DNA from: Felis catus
Lineage: Eukaryota
Direction: 5' to 3'
NCBI RefSeq assembly: GCF_018350175.1
Contig: NC_058382.1
Span: 58,778,001-58,842,000 of the forward strand
Length of the DNA stretch: 64,000 nucleotides
A program made the position numbers and the translations under genes. Every line of letters starts with the position of its first letter. Position 1 is the first letter of the stretch. Below are positions 37,343-50,032 of this stretch, piece after piece. The notes under the pieces were generated by a model that saw only the letters and a program-made list of their open reading frames with translations, was not told the origin of the DNA and made no database searches.

Positions 37343-38139
37343 TATTGATAGATGATACATGATACACGATACACGCATGTATCTTGACGGATAGGATGAC
37401 AGATAGAGGACATATAGATACAAAGGCACACCAATGGGTACTGAGCGATCAACACACAACGGTACAGACGATGGACAGACTGACAGAGACGGACAGACAG
37501 GCAGGCACATCACACAGCGACACACACACGTGCACACACACACATCACATGATCCCCACACGCGCACAAGCATATAAAACTGGAATCCTCCTCCGTGGAC
37601 GGTCTTACAACCGACCTCCCTAGCTTTGTCAACCCCGGTGTGGCCCCTGCGAAGCCACACCTTCTCCTGCGGCATCGTTCGCATCCCTTGGCCGACCTGT
37701 GCCTTCCCAGGGCCACGCGCACCGTCTGCAACAAGGCGGACGCCGCCGCCGTGAGCCGAGTCGAAGCGAAGGCCCGTCCGCGCGTCACCCGTCGCTGTCA
37801 CCTGCCCCAAGGCTGCACGTCGCGCGCTCAAGGGCGCGTGTTCAGGTGGAGACATCCCCCACCTTGTTTATTTGCAGAGACGGCATCACTGCGGCATGCT
37901 TCCCCCGCGCCTTCCTTTTTCGCTTGCTGAGTCCCGCGTGGGCGTCTTTCCTGTCTGTCCCCGTAGATCCTCCGACCGGGACCCACCACGCCCCCTGAGT
38001 CCCCACCTCCCCACGCCCAAGCCTTTCTGGGGACGAGCCTGTCTACGCACAGACGCAAGGGCCGCGGTGCCCCCCCCCCCCCAAGCAGCCCTCGACAGGG
38101 AGGGAGAGGGATTTCACGCCCGAGCTGCTGGCACAGTGC

Positions 38140-38291
38140 AGGAGTGAGGTCGGCGCTGCCTCCCAGGGGGCCCGGGGACCTTCCTGATAATGTCCCGCGG
38201 CCCCCACTTCCGCTGCCTGGGGTCACCTCCCAGGTAAACTCCTCACATCCCCACGTGGAGGTGTGCTTCTGCGGGGACCTAAACGGAGACA
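38140..38291 (+). mobile_element. LTR16/LTR33-type ERVL LTR 3' end
   Basis: tcacctcccaggtaaactcctcacat…tgcttctgcggggacctaaacggagaca. Confidence 0.6.
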
Positions 38292-38309
38292 GAGCCCCGA
38301 GGCTTGCAC

Positions 38310-38531
38310 TGGAGCCAGCGAGCCACTGCTGGGGGGACAAGTGCGTCCCAACGTCCGTTTGTGTAAATAAAGTTTTATCGGCACGCGGCCAGCCTATCGG
38401 CTTACGTAGGGTCTCCAGCTGGTTTTGCATGGGGACTGGGGAGCAGAACAGTGGCGGTGGAAATTGGATGGCCTGGAAAGCCTAAACTATTTACCATCTG
38501 GGCCTTGAAAGAAAACATTTCCCAACCTCTG
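38310..38531. mobile_element. MER58A-like hAT-Charlie MITE
   Basis: tgtaaataaagttttatcggcac…aaagcctaaactatttaccatctgggcc…ccaacctctg. Confidence 0.85.
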
Positions 38532-38613
38532 GTCCAAACGATAAGCCAACCCCGTGTTTAACCACTCCTCTGTCTTAGGCATTTCTCGCCCAAGTTCAAA
38601 ATTCCGTTTCACT

Positions 38614-38826
38614 GGAGCGCCTGGGTGGCTCAGTCAGTTGAGCATCCGACTCTTGGTTTCGGCTCAGGTCACGATCTCTCGGTTTGTGAGTTCAAGCCCC
38701 ACGTCAGGCTCTGTGCTGACGGTGCGGAGCCTGCTCGGGACTCCCCCCCCCCCACCCCCTGCCCTTCCCTCCCCTTGCCTCTCTTCCTCTCTCTCTCTCA
38801 AAAATAAATAAACATTTAAAAAAAAA
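38614..38826 (+). mobile_element. CAN-SINE, full length
   Basis: ggagcgcctgggtggctcagtcagttgagc…gagttcaagcccc…ctcaaaaataaataaac…A tail. Confidence 0.95.
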
Positions 38827-40199
38827 GGTTCTACATCTACATCAGTTTAATGTTCTTTTGGAATAATTCTGGCCAAATTAAAAAATACCTGTTTTGCTGT
38901 TGCGACCTAAGTTTCATTCGAGCACGTACAACACCCCGTGGGTGTTTCTCTATCCAGCTGCCCCTCTGGCGACCAGAGCTCCCTGCTGTGGGGAGAGCCA
39001 CCTACTTAAGGGCAGGGGAGCAGCCCCCAGGAGTCACAAGTCGAGGGCCGCTGCTCGGGGTCCCTTCCGTGGCACAGCTGGCCAGCTGCACGCAGCAGCC
39101 TCGTGTCGTTGGGGGGAAACAGATATCTGTGCCCCAGGCACAGGTACACAGTTGGCCAGAGCCTGGGACTCAACCAATACCCAGGGACCAGAGGTGTCAG
39201 CCTCCTGATAGAAATGCAGAGTACAGGCCCCACCCCAGAATTGTCATCTGCAGTTTAATAAGCTTCCCGGGTGACAGGCAAGCGTGTGACAGTTTGAGCG
39301 TGATGAAAAGGCTGATGGATGGGGGTGGGGGTGGGGGGGGCCACCAGCACCTGCCACACTAGAGACGCACGAAACAGAAAGGCCTCGAGACAGACTCGAA
39401 TGGCATCGGTCCCACCAGGAAGGCAAACTCAATGACTTAAGGGGTTGCCAGTTAAAGAGTAAAGAGGAGTCAGACCAAAGCAAGTGAGGTCCGTGCCTCC
39501 TCAAAACCAGGGTGGGAGACGGGGGGGGGATGCCTGGAGAGGGGCAGGCAGGAGCAGACCCGGGGCTCCAGTTGCATGGTGGTCAGGACCCTGGGCACAC
39601 GCCGGGACCGCCGGTGCGGAGGCAGCTAGCGGAGATCAGGAGTCACCAAACCTTTCCAGAGAGCTCCCAGCCCCGGTGAGACCAAAAGAAAGGGCCTCTT
39701 CCCTGTTCTCAAGGAGCTCGCGGTCCTGAGGGACCACAGACCGGGCGCCAGTGACCAAAGGGAGCCAAGGAGAGCCTGCCTCCTCTCTTCTCCTTCCAGG
39801 CCCTCCCACGACCGAGACTCCTCTTGCCTCCGGCCCAAGTGGTCGGCCTGCCTGCACACTCCTCCAGGGAACTGGGGAGCCTCTGAGGTTCACGGGGCAG
39901 GAGAAGCGCTGTCAGGAAAGGCGCTCTAGGCTGCGAGATGCACGCAGGACGGCTGGGAGTGCAAGAGGGCAGAGCACAGACAGAGCTGCTTATCTGGGGA
40001 AGAGTCCCCCTCAAGCCCTAGCTCAAGAGAGCAGGCCGAGAGGTCTCCCTCTAGCCAGATAAAATGCCAAGCGTCTCCTAAAACTTAGTCAGCTTTCCAC
40101 TGAAAAGCAAGCCGGCCTTCAAGGGCAGAGGAAAACTGCCCACAGCATTGTGCTACATCAACATCGGGCTATGTGCTCACGCTACGACTCCGTTTCACA

Positions 40200-40515
40200 A
40201 ATGGTCATCGTGGGCCAGGTGCTGCCCTGGGGACTTCAGACAAGACAGACACAGTTCCGCCCTCACACAGCTCCCCGGTGTGTGTGGGAAAGCGACGCAC
40301 ACACAAGGCAGGTGACGAACGGAGTATGAGGATAGGGAGCTATGGGTACCAGACTGGGTGGGCAGGGAGGCGAGGGGTAGGGCGCAGGGAGGCAACCTCC
40401 AGGCAGGGTGAGAGACGGGCAGGAGTTGACTCAGCCAAGGAAGAGGTGAGGAGTGTTCTAGGCAGAAGGGACAGCATGTGCAAAGGTCCCGAGGATGCAG
40501 CGAAGACAAGACGTG
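40200..40515 (-). mobile_element. L2 fragment
   Basis: acaagacagacacagttccgccctca…gtgttctaggcagaagggacagcatgtgcaaaggtcccgagg. Confidence 0.8.
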
Positions 40516-42210
40516 CCCTCTGGAGTGAGCCGGGACAGAGAAGCTCGGGGAGAGGGTGCGGAACCTTGAGGGGGGTAACTGGCCTGCATAAGACGTGCGA
40601 GCAGCGTGATCTCACTTGTAAACGCGCAGGCACCTTGGCGGGCGCCCAGGGCGGAAGAGGAGAAAAGATCCCTACGAGCTCACAGAGTCTGTCTCTGGGT
40701 GGCAGGACTGAACGCGACTTTGTCTCATTCGCACGTGTCTGCAACTGTCAAATTTTCTATAGGAAACACTGTAGCAGTTGGCTGCGGCTCCCAAAATGCC
40801 GTGTAACAAACAAAGCACCAATTCTTAGCAGCGCAAGACCAGGTTTCTGCTCTCCGCGCCCCCCCTCCTCCTTCTGGGGCGAGTGCGCTAGCCTGGGCAT
40901 GTGCTCTCCCGGCCACGGCCGAGGAGCGAGAGAACACAGCAAGGCTTGTGCTCAGAATGGGCACGCCCGTCACTCCTGCCTCATTCTAACGCCCAAAACA
41001 CGTCACGTGGCATGAACTCAAAGCCAAGAAGTCCGTCCCTTTGGTGCAGGGGGACTGTAATGTCACACGGCGAATACCATGGATACAGGAGGGGTGGGGA
41101 ACTGGAGTCAGTGGTGGGATATCCAGGGTCACTGCAGGAGTGTTACTGGAAGGACAGGGAGGTAGGGAGGAGGCGGAAGGGGAGCGGGGCAGGAGAAGGG
41201 GGTGTAAGGGGAAGGCAGCGCGTTGATTCAGGGCTGTCTCCACCCGGGACTACAAAGGCAAGCCCAGACCCAGATCCTGAGAGCGCCGGAGGGGCAGGGG
41301 GAAAGGCAGAAGGCAATCCAAAACCCAGCCCTCTCCTGGGGAAAACGGGACGCTCCCCGTGCCTCGGTTTACCCGTCTCCGAGTGGGGGTGGCAGAGCTC
41401 CTGAGGTGATGCTTGCTGAGCTCTCGGGGCAGTGCCCGGAAGTGCCACGGAAGCAGCGGTGAGCACGAGCCTGGAACGAACTGCCTGGCTCCCCACTGGG
41501 GAGTTCGCCCCGTCCGCAAAGGAACCGTTAACCCCCACCCGGCCTGCAGCTCTCCTCACGGCTCTTTCCCTAGCATCCTGCACATGGCTTTTCTTCTTCC
41601 GCAGCGTAAATATATCACTTCCCTCCGGCACAAGAGCAAAGTATGGAAGAAATTCCAGTTTGATGGTCCACAGGTATGTTTGTTTGGACTGGCGCATATA
41701 AATCAGTGCCTGGCTTACATCAGATTATCACAGCGGAGTGGCTCTGGGCTGATTGCGTCTTTACAATCTGTTTACGAGGACGGCTGCAGCGAAACGTTCT
41801 GGAAGGGTTGCCGCATAAGCCTTTAAAAGTTTTCGTAATTGCTCGGCCCAGACCGTACCACACTGGGAAATGCATCCTCATGGGAGCGACGCGGTCTAGG
41901 GAACCAGACCTAGCCTCCCAGCAACCCCTGAGCCTTCAGGGACGGCCCTGGGAACATTCTGGCATCTTTCCTCCTGCCCTGGATAGACACGAATGTGTCT
42001 AACGTTGTCTGTGAGTTTACAGACGAGCCCACGCTGCACGCACAGCTTACGTATGCTGCTAACCTCTTAGGGCTCAGCACCCCCCACTCAAGCATTTCTG
42101 ACCCTGCGATTTCCAGAAGGCACGCCTTATCTTCTCTGCACCCTCAGGACCTTTGCATATGCTGTCCCTTCTGCCTGGAACACTCCTCACCTCTTCTTTA
42201 GCTCAGCCCA
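40426..42210. repeat. Inverted repeat pair (arms about 40426-40700 and 41935-42210)
   Basis: 40426-40515 matches the reverse complement of 42121-42210 at 78/90 positions; weaker colinear homology continues inward for about 180 bp. Confidence 0.85.
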
Positions 42211-42261
42211 TCTCTCGGGTTGAATGTTTCCTTCCAAGACTCTCCAATCCGGCAAGAGTGC

Positions 42262-42705
42262 TGGTATGGGTTGAACTATGTCCCCTCCCCCATTCACATA
42301 TCGAAGTCCCCAGCCCCAGAACCTCAGGATGTGACCTTACTTGAAGATAAGTTTGTCGCACACACAATTAGCTAGGTTAAGATGAGGTCATACTAGACTA
42401 GGTGGGTCCCTAATCCAAAAGCATCAGCGTCCTTGTCGAGGGGAGGTCTGTGGACACAGACACGCACACAGGGAGGTCGGCACGTGAAGACGAAGGCAGT
42501 CACCAGGGCGGTGCGTCCACAAGCCACGGGACGCCACGGATCGCCAGCAAACCAGCCAGAGCCCGGGGAGAGGCCTGGCACGGAGTCTCCCTCGCAGCCT
42601 CAGAGGGGACCCGCCCTGCCGGGACCCTGACCTCGGACCTCCAGCCTCCAGACCGCGGGAGCCCTGCGCTCGGAGCCCCTCGTCTATGGCGTACGGGTTA
42701 AGGCG
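42262..42705 (+). mobile_element. MLT1B-like solo LTR
   Basis: tatgggttgaactatgtcccc…acctcaggatgtgaccttacttgaagataag…gttaagatgaggtcatact…cggacctccagcctccaga. Confidence 0.88.
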
Positions 42706-43759
42706 TTAACGCACCGGCACGGGGCCCTCCCTGCCGCCCCTCCCCTGCTCCTCCTGGCCAATCTGGGAGCCGCCCTTTGTGGACGGCCACGGCCTCAGCC
42801 CTCGAGTGGGGACCGGAGCAGGTGGCTCCGACGTCAGGTGGCCCAAACGTCTACAGGGTCAAGCAACGTACCCGAGTATCTTCTCCCACAGGAATATGCA
42901 TTAAATCGGGGCTGGGGGTAACGGGAAGAGCCGTGCGTCAACGGGCTTGTACGATGTTTCGAAGGCTTTTATTACACCCAACGGGGTCTCAGGTCAGACG
43001 CACCGGGCCACGGGGTGACTGTGCAGAGCGGGAGGTAACAGCCAGCGTTGAAGGAAGTGCAATTGTTTGGAGAAACAATCCGCTCGAGGAAAGACCGTTT
43101 TCCTGCAGTGAGGTCTCCAGGGGGGCGGCCCCGGGGACACAGGGCATCTGGTTGGGGGGGGGGGTGCCACAACCCCAGCAATGGGGTGTCACTCACGCTG
43201 GTTCACGAAGCCCCCTAGCCTTTCTCTCTCCCTCTGACTGCAGAGGTGGCTGCTCTGACAGGTTTTCAGCGCCCAGTGCGTGCCAATCCCGTTTCAGTAA
43301 AAGTCAAAGGGCTTAAGGTAGCAGCAGAGATACTACTGAACGAGAATTGTGACCGTCACGCAGCTGGGAAAGCACCGTGTGGCGGGAGACGCACCGTGTG
43401 GCGGGAGACGGAGGGTCTCTGCCGCGCTTCCTGGACAAGGACAGTTGGGTGCGGGCGGGCGCAATCATGGAGGCCTGCCTGAAAGTTCACACTCCACCCC
43501 CAGCCTCTCACTACCCACCCGCTCACCTAGGTGTACCCCCGACGGCATCGCCGCCAGAGGACCCCTCACTGGAATTGAGGGGGGGGCCCTGTCGCCATGG
43601 AAGGAAAGCTCTGGAAATAGCTACTCTTGTTGTTCTGGTTTAGCTTGGTTTTCGTTTTTTGGGTTTTTTGGGTTTTGTTTTGTTTTTGTTTTTTTAGATA
43701 CCGTTTACTTTCCAGCCACCAAAAAAGAGGTCTTAGCATGCATAGGAGACACTCTAGGG

Positions 43760-44150
43760 TTTCCTGAAGGCACGTGAGTTTAGAAATACTTCCTCTGCAG
43801 ATGGGTGTGATCAGGTGATACAATTTGGGGCAAGGGGTTGCGAGCAGAGTCCCAGTAGATTTGGACAGAATCTGTCTACTTGACCTTCGCTTTCTCCCTT
43901 CTTTCTGCCTGGAACACAGATGCAATGGCGGAGACAGGGCAGCCATTCTGGTGCCATGAGACACCGATAAACTAAAGTCTGAGATAATTGAAAAGATCTC
44001 AATTCCGACAATCTCGTACTGACCCAGCGCTGTCGGCTGCCACCCTGGGACTTCTCAGCACTTGAGAGAAATAATACACCAAGTGTGTTTAAGCCACTGT
44101 TTGGGGGATTTCTGTTAGCAGCTTCCAAAGGCAAGTCCTGAATGATACAC
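43760..44150 (+). mobile_element. MLT1 (J/K-like) LTR remnant
   Basis: ctgcctggaacacagatgcaatggc…gcagccattc…gtttaagccactgtttgggggatttctgttagcagc. Confidence 0.7.
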
Positions 44151-45140
44151 ACTGCAAGGACCAGGAAGTCTCTAGGACAGACTCTGCTCAAGGCTTTCCC
44201 TGCACCCTCAGAAACCTACTTTGGGGACTGCTGTTCCTTCTCTAATCGGATGGAGAATGTTCCAGGTCCCCAGGGGCCCACCAGCTGTTGAACCGATTCC
44301 ACGTCCCTCTCTGCCATCAGGGTGCTCTGAACCCTGCCCGGAAAGCTCTGAAATGTCAGCCTGAAGCCAGGCGCATTCCCTGCTGACCACATCTAATCTC
44401 AGCGGGAGGACAAAACCCTGGCATCGAGCGTGCGCTCCGTGTAAGGAAGGAATCTGCCGCTTGCTCAAACCCGAGAACGAAACAACCAGCCCAGAATCCG
44501 ATTGTTATCGGAACATGCCACCATAAGGGGGCTGGCAGAGCAAGGTATGGCCAGCCATATAACGGAGCCCTGTCCATTTAAAATGATGCCAGCAAACGGA
44601 CACTGCATCCAGAAAGGTTTGCGGAGGGAGGGCTGCGAGCAGCCACGCGGGATGCGGACTGCACTTTGCAGCCCAGGGGGCACAACCGAGGAGCTGGAAG
44701 ACAGCTGCCTCCCGAGGGCCACAGGTATTTTCCTAGAGCAGCGGGATCACGGGCGATGCCTTCTTTCCATTGTTTGGCTCCCCGTTTCCTTGCCTCCACA
44801 AAAGAAGGAGCACGGGCGGTAAAGAAGCCGTTCTGCACCTCCAGTCTGCTCAGGGGATCCGATTTCAGCCGTAAAGCGGTCAGCTGAGTCCTTGGCACAT
44901 TTTATTTTCCACTATTATCTGAACAGAGTTGGCTAAATATGCTTTCAAGAGCAGCACTCTTCAGGAGGTACGTGCCCTGCCTCCCTCGTTTGTTGGGGTT
45001 TTTGTTTTTGTTTTTGTTTTCTTTTGGTTTTGCTTTTTTATTTTTTGGAAAATCCTCTTTCACAGAGGGTTTTGTTCTGATGCGCTCAGTACAAACACGA
45101 TCTGTCCTCAGCCCAACTGGCTGCCCTATTTAAAAAAAAA

Positions 45141-45350
45141 TTTTTTTAATGTTTATATATTTTTGAGACAGAGAGAGAGAATGACAGTGTGTGATCGGGG
45201 AAGGGGTAGAGAGAGAGGGAGACACAGAATCCGAAGCAGGCTCCAGGCCCTGAGCTGTCAGCACAGGGCCTGACGCGGGGCTCGAACCCACGAACCATGA
45301 GATCACGACCTGAGCCCAAGTCAGACGCTCCACCGACCCCCAGGCACCCC
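45141..45350 (-). mobile_element. CAN-SINE, full length
   Basis: Canonical body; degenerate TSD c(a/g)actggct(g)ccct. Confidence 0.95.
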
Positions 45351-46039
45351 CGACTGGCTCCCTTTAGCTCACACCGTCAGGGAAGCATTTACAGAGCGCC
45401 AGATGTCTGCCTTCCAGGGAAGGTCCCCAGAAAGTCCTCAAGAACATCACCATCTCCTCACAGGGAAGAAAACCAACGGCCAAGGAGGAATGCAAAGAAC
45501 TGAGGGCAAAACCTAGGACTGTCTCAACCTGTAGGGTCCTTCCGGCATGTTCCAGAACCATCCGCAACGATGACGGTGCATCTCAATAAATCAGACTCTC
45601 CTTGAACGACACCGGCAGCCCTGTGCCTATTTTTAAAAGTTTACGACCCTGCATTTGAGAGTCAAACTAGCAGGGCGCAGCCCGGCGCTGTGCAGGGCAA
45701 GGCATTTTTCAGTTTCCATCTCACTCCCGAGCGGCCATCCATCATGATAAGAAGGGGCAGGGAGGGAAGGAGCCAGGCTCCCTGCGGCCTCCCAGCTGGC
45801 AAATCTGCTCAAATGGCCAGCACCTCGAGCCCGATCCATTAACCAAAAAAGGGCGCTGCGGCCAGAGCTATTTCTAGGTCCGGGCAGGCAGGGCTCAGGG
45901 AGGCTGTGGATCCCGCGCGTGGGGGTCTCCCCGCGACCCTCCATGCAGACAGAACGTCCTCCTCGGACACCGAGAGCTGGGACAAGCTGGCCAAGAGAAA
46001 CACAAATACGAGAATGGCCTTACTGGACCTCCTCTGAAT

Positions 46040-46465
46040 TCAGGTCCTGGGGCAGCTGTGACAAAGGGCCACTAAGTGGTGGCTTGAAACAACAGAAAGT
46101 TCTCTACTGTCTCCCACTTCTGGAGGCCAGACTCTGAGGTCAAGGTGTCCGCAGGGCCCCACGCTTCCTCCAGAGGCTCCAGTGGGGGATCATTCCTTGG
46201 CTTTCCCAGCACCTGGGGGTTCCAGGCGTCCCCTGGCTGTGCCACGTCCCTCCCACCTCTGCCTCTGTCCTCACCTGGCCTCTCTCCCTGTGCGTCTCTT
46301 AGGAGGACAGTTACGGATTCAGGGCCCACTTGGATCATCTCAAACCTCAGTGTGAGATCCTTAACTTGGTCACATCCACAAAGACCCTTTTCCCACAAGG
46401 CCACACTTACTGGTTCTGAGGTCAGGACGTGGGCGTGTTTCGGGGCTCTATCAATCAACCCACTT
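46040..46465 (-). mobile_element. MLT1C-like solo LTR
   Basis: gtggcttgaaacaacagaaa…ttctggaggccaga…caaggtgtccgcagggcc…gagatccttaact…aaagacccttttcccacaagg. Confidence 0.88.
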
Positions 46466-46664
46466 ATATGCGAGCGGGTGTTCACGCCTTCCCAGGAAGG
46501 GCCCGACTCATGGTTCCCGGGGACAGCCTGGTCCTTGTAAGTTCAGACACCTGTCCACACCCAGGCGGCCTTGCCCAGGGATGAGAGGCACACGCCCTGC
46601 CCAGGGCTCGGCGCCCACCAGCACGCATCGGTCAGTAGGCCGGTTCCGTGCAGGGACTGTGACG

Positions 46665-46790
46665 TCGGCCTCGGGTCTGAACCCTGGCTCACCACATCTG
46701 CTGGACCACTGTGGCCTCAGTTTCCTCATCTGTAAAGGAGGGATGAGCAGAGACCCTGTCCCCAGGGCTGCTGCAAAAATCAAGAGCAGC
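46665..46790 (+). mobile_element. MIR
   Basis: gcctcagtttcctcatctgtaaaggaggga. Confidence 0.8.
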
Positions 46791-47049
46791 CCTTCCCTTC
46801 GTAACGGACAGAGAGAGGGCAGGGCCTGTTCAACCGACGTGGCCTCGGACTGTGTTCCCCCAACCCCCCCCCCGCCCCCCGGCCGAGGTTCTAGACTCTT
46901 AGCCTGTTAACATCAAGCCCGTTCGAGGGGCTCAGCTTTGCCCCGTGCTGGATCCACAACACTTTGCAAAGGGCTTGCATCGTGCACTTTTGCACACCGT
47001 GGAGCAGTGAACGCAGCCGTGGCACCGTCTCCCGCGAGGACAGCCGCGT

Positions 47050-47410
47050 CAGTCCCCGCAGGTGGGGGCGGGGCTCAGTCCCACCGGGCTGCCCCTCCCC
47101 CACTTCAGGTGCCAGTCGCAGGCCAGCTCGTCAGCTGTGCTTCTGGCTGGACGGCCGTGGGCAGGTCGGAGGTCCCGGTGACCCCCTCTGCAGGTTGGGT
47201 TGATTTGCTAGAGAGGCTCACAGAACTCAGGGAAGCGTTTCTCGCTACACCGCCGGGTTGTTAGGACGGGATAGAGCTGAGCAACAGCCACGTGGGAGAG
47301 ATGCACCGGGCAGGTGTGTGGGGAGGGACGTGGGGCTTCCCACCTGCTCCAGGGGTGCCGCCCCCCCAGCACCCCCGCCGGAAGCTCCCTGAACCCCGCT
47401 GGAGACAGCG
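47050..47410. mobile_element. MER21-like LTR fragment
   Basis: ggctcagtcccac…cacttcaggtgccagtcgca…atttgctagagaggctcacagaactcagggaa…gagatgcaccgggcagg. Confidence 0.75.
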
Positions 47411-48780
47411 AGAGGGTGCCACGCATGTCGGGCAAGGAACGGGGGCGGCCAAGCACACTGCAGCTAAGACCAGATACAGCTCAAAGCAGCACAGGATGGG
47501 GGCGCCCAGAGCTGATGGCCGGCAAGGCCAACAGAGCCTGCAAAAACCAAAGCTGGCCAGCATGAGACTCGGAGGAGGCCTGCGGTGGCCCGAGACTGAT
47601 CAGACTCTTTTCAAAAGCAAGGACCTTTGCAGCAAACTGTCAGACCCTCCAGCCGCCGAACCTCCCACGTCCGAGCGCATCAGAAAGACAACTCTGCCAC
47701 GGAGCCTCCGCCCGACCCGCCTGGAACGGAACAGACACTCCACGGCGGGGACACGGACAGCTGGCCTGGCCCCGCCCCAGGCCTCCCCCGCACTGCGCAC
47801 TCCCCGCCCGGCTTCCCCTCTGGTCCCTCAACTCCTGGCCCCGGTCGCATCTCGCTGCTGTGTGACTTTGTCGTGGGCTTTGCCCAGTGTGACGTGTAAG
47901 AAGCCGACTTACACGTGCCCGAAATGCCGTTGGGTGTGGGATCCCGAACCCTCTTGTGATTACGTTAACCTTGCTCCATGGCCGAATCAGGCAGACGCTG
48001 CGGGAAGGCACGGCCCGCGTGCGTGGACCTTCGGAGCTCACCATGCGCGCCCCTCGCGTGGCGCACATCACGGCACGGCCGGCTGAACCCCCCGGAGGCC
48101 AGGGGCTGACTCGGAGGCTCCCAGCCCTCTGACCGCAGGGCTGGCCCCCCGGGCAGTCGGCCCTATCGGCAGGCGACCTCGGGGCTTTCCAGAAGCCGCC
48201 CCCACATAACCAAAGACACCTGGATTGCGCTCCTCTCTCAGGAAATTCCAAAGGTTTGAGGAGCTCTTCCTTAGGAACAAATCCCTGTATTTCTTACTAT
48301 AAGCCACAATAGCGCACCACTGAAACCCACGGGGCCCTTTACTCGCAGAAAACCCAGCTTGTCAGGCAGAATGAAGGTGCCGACCGCGGAGGCTGGGTCG
48401 GAGCCAGGCCCCAGAAGTCGCCCCCCTGAGCATGACAGTGCCCGTGGTCCGAGGCCAGTGGAGGCGAATTTGCCCAGGAAGAGGCCTGCGCAGGGTTTTA
48501 CTCTGCCGCCCAGCAGCAATCATTTCTTCGCTTCTTTGCCCGATCTTCCCCCACATGTCCCAAGTCTGTATGTAAGGCCCACCTGAGCTCACAACCATCA
48601 GGCAAAGCAGAACACAGAAGGAGCTGGTCAGAGATGGGGCATTTCACACATCTTTAAAGTAAAAGCATTATGTGTTTACTGTAGAAAATTCAGAAGGCAT
48701 ACCCAAGCACCTGAATGCAGACAAAAATCACATCCGGCCATGATCTTTCTGTTGTCTTTATCCTGCTCACTTAAAACAAA

Positions 48781-48965
48781 TTGTTTTTAATGTTTCTTTA
48801 TCTTGAGAGAGAGCACAAGCAGGGGAGGGGCAGAGACAGAGGGAGAGAGAATCCCAAGCAGGCTCTGTGTTGTCCGTGCAAAGCCCGATGTGGGGCTCGA
48901 ACCCACAAGCCAGGAGATCACGACCTGAGTCGGACGCGTAACAGACTGAGCCCCCCAGGCGCCCC
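48781..48965 (-). mobile_element. CAN-SINE
   Basis: gagagaatcccaagcaggctc…gactgagccccccaggcgcccc. Confidence 0.93.
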
Positions 48966-49700
48966 AACCCTATTCACTGTTAATAAACTGAGCATAGAAA
49001 CAAAGCCAGGTCGCTCATGGCTAACACTTGGACCCATTCCAAGCTGGTCTTGCTTTTTCCCAGACTGATAAAGAAAATCCTTAATTTAAAGATCCTAACA
49101 CATGTACTGCCTTGTCACTTGTTTTTCCTTGTATATGTCTCTCCTATAACTATATTTTGTACACATTTCTTATATCTTTACGTACTTTTCAGGAACACGA
49201 TTTAAAGTGCTTCTTTGCTGATACGGCCCACCTTCTGTTCACCCAATTCCTAGTTGCTACTTATTGATGAAACTGTTTCTTTTTTTTCCGCACAGTATCT
49301 AAATGATGCTGTGATGAATACATACTGGCTGTACGTTTGTATCTGCTTCAGCATCTCCGAGTGTTTCCTTTGAATCAATTGCTGTGAATATAGTGACCGC
49401 CTTAGAAGCTGTGCACTTACTTCTATGGCATTCAACGCCCTCTGTCAAGTTGCCCCCCATAAAGGTTGTGCCAGCTTCCAGTCTCACCAGCTCATATGAT
49501 AAGAGAACTTTTCTGAAATCTCGTGATGAATGAGGCAATTTTTTAAAAGCCTCTTTGCCACATTGGCAGGCAGAAGAGAACGGGCATCCGCTGAGTTTCG
49601 TTTTGTCTCCTTACATTGCTAGGGCGCCTGCGCATTTCCCTGTGAGCCAGCCGTGTGACGAACCTCCTCTTCTGTGAACGGCTTGAAAATACTCCTTGCA

Positions 49701-49890
49701 GGGGCGCGTGGGGGGCTCAGCCCGTTAAGCATCCGCCTCTTGCTTTTGGCTCCGGTCATGATCTCACGTGAGATCAAGCCCCACGCCGGGCTCTGTGCTG
49801 ACAGCATGGAGGCTGCTTGGGATTCTCTCTCTCTGTCTGCCCCTCCCCCACTCTCTCTCTCAAAATAAATAAATAAACTTAAAAAAAAAA
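49701..49890 (+). mobile_element. CAN-SINE
   Basis: ggggcgcgtggggggctcagcccgttaagc…ctcaaaataaataaataaactt-A10. Confidence 0.93.
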
Positions 49891-50032
49891 GAAAATGTCC
49901 ATTGGCTTTTGCCTGCTGGGGTGATTGCCTTGATCTTCCAATGTCATTTGCATATTAAGAAATGTAATTCATATTAACCCTTCATTAGAACTAATCTCTT
50001 CTTCTAGAGACCGATTAGGGAGTCAGACCATC

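Noticed and set aside
38614..38700. tRNA gene (A and B boxes)
   Set aside because: It is the tRNA-derived head of a CAN-SINE, followed by the CT linker and A tail; the same holds for the other copies.
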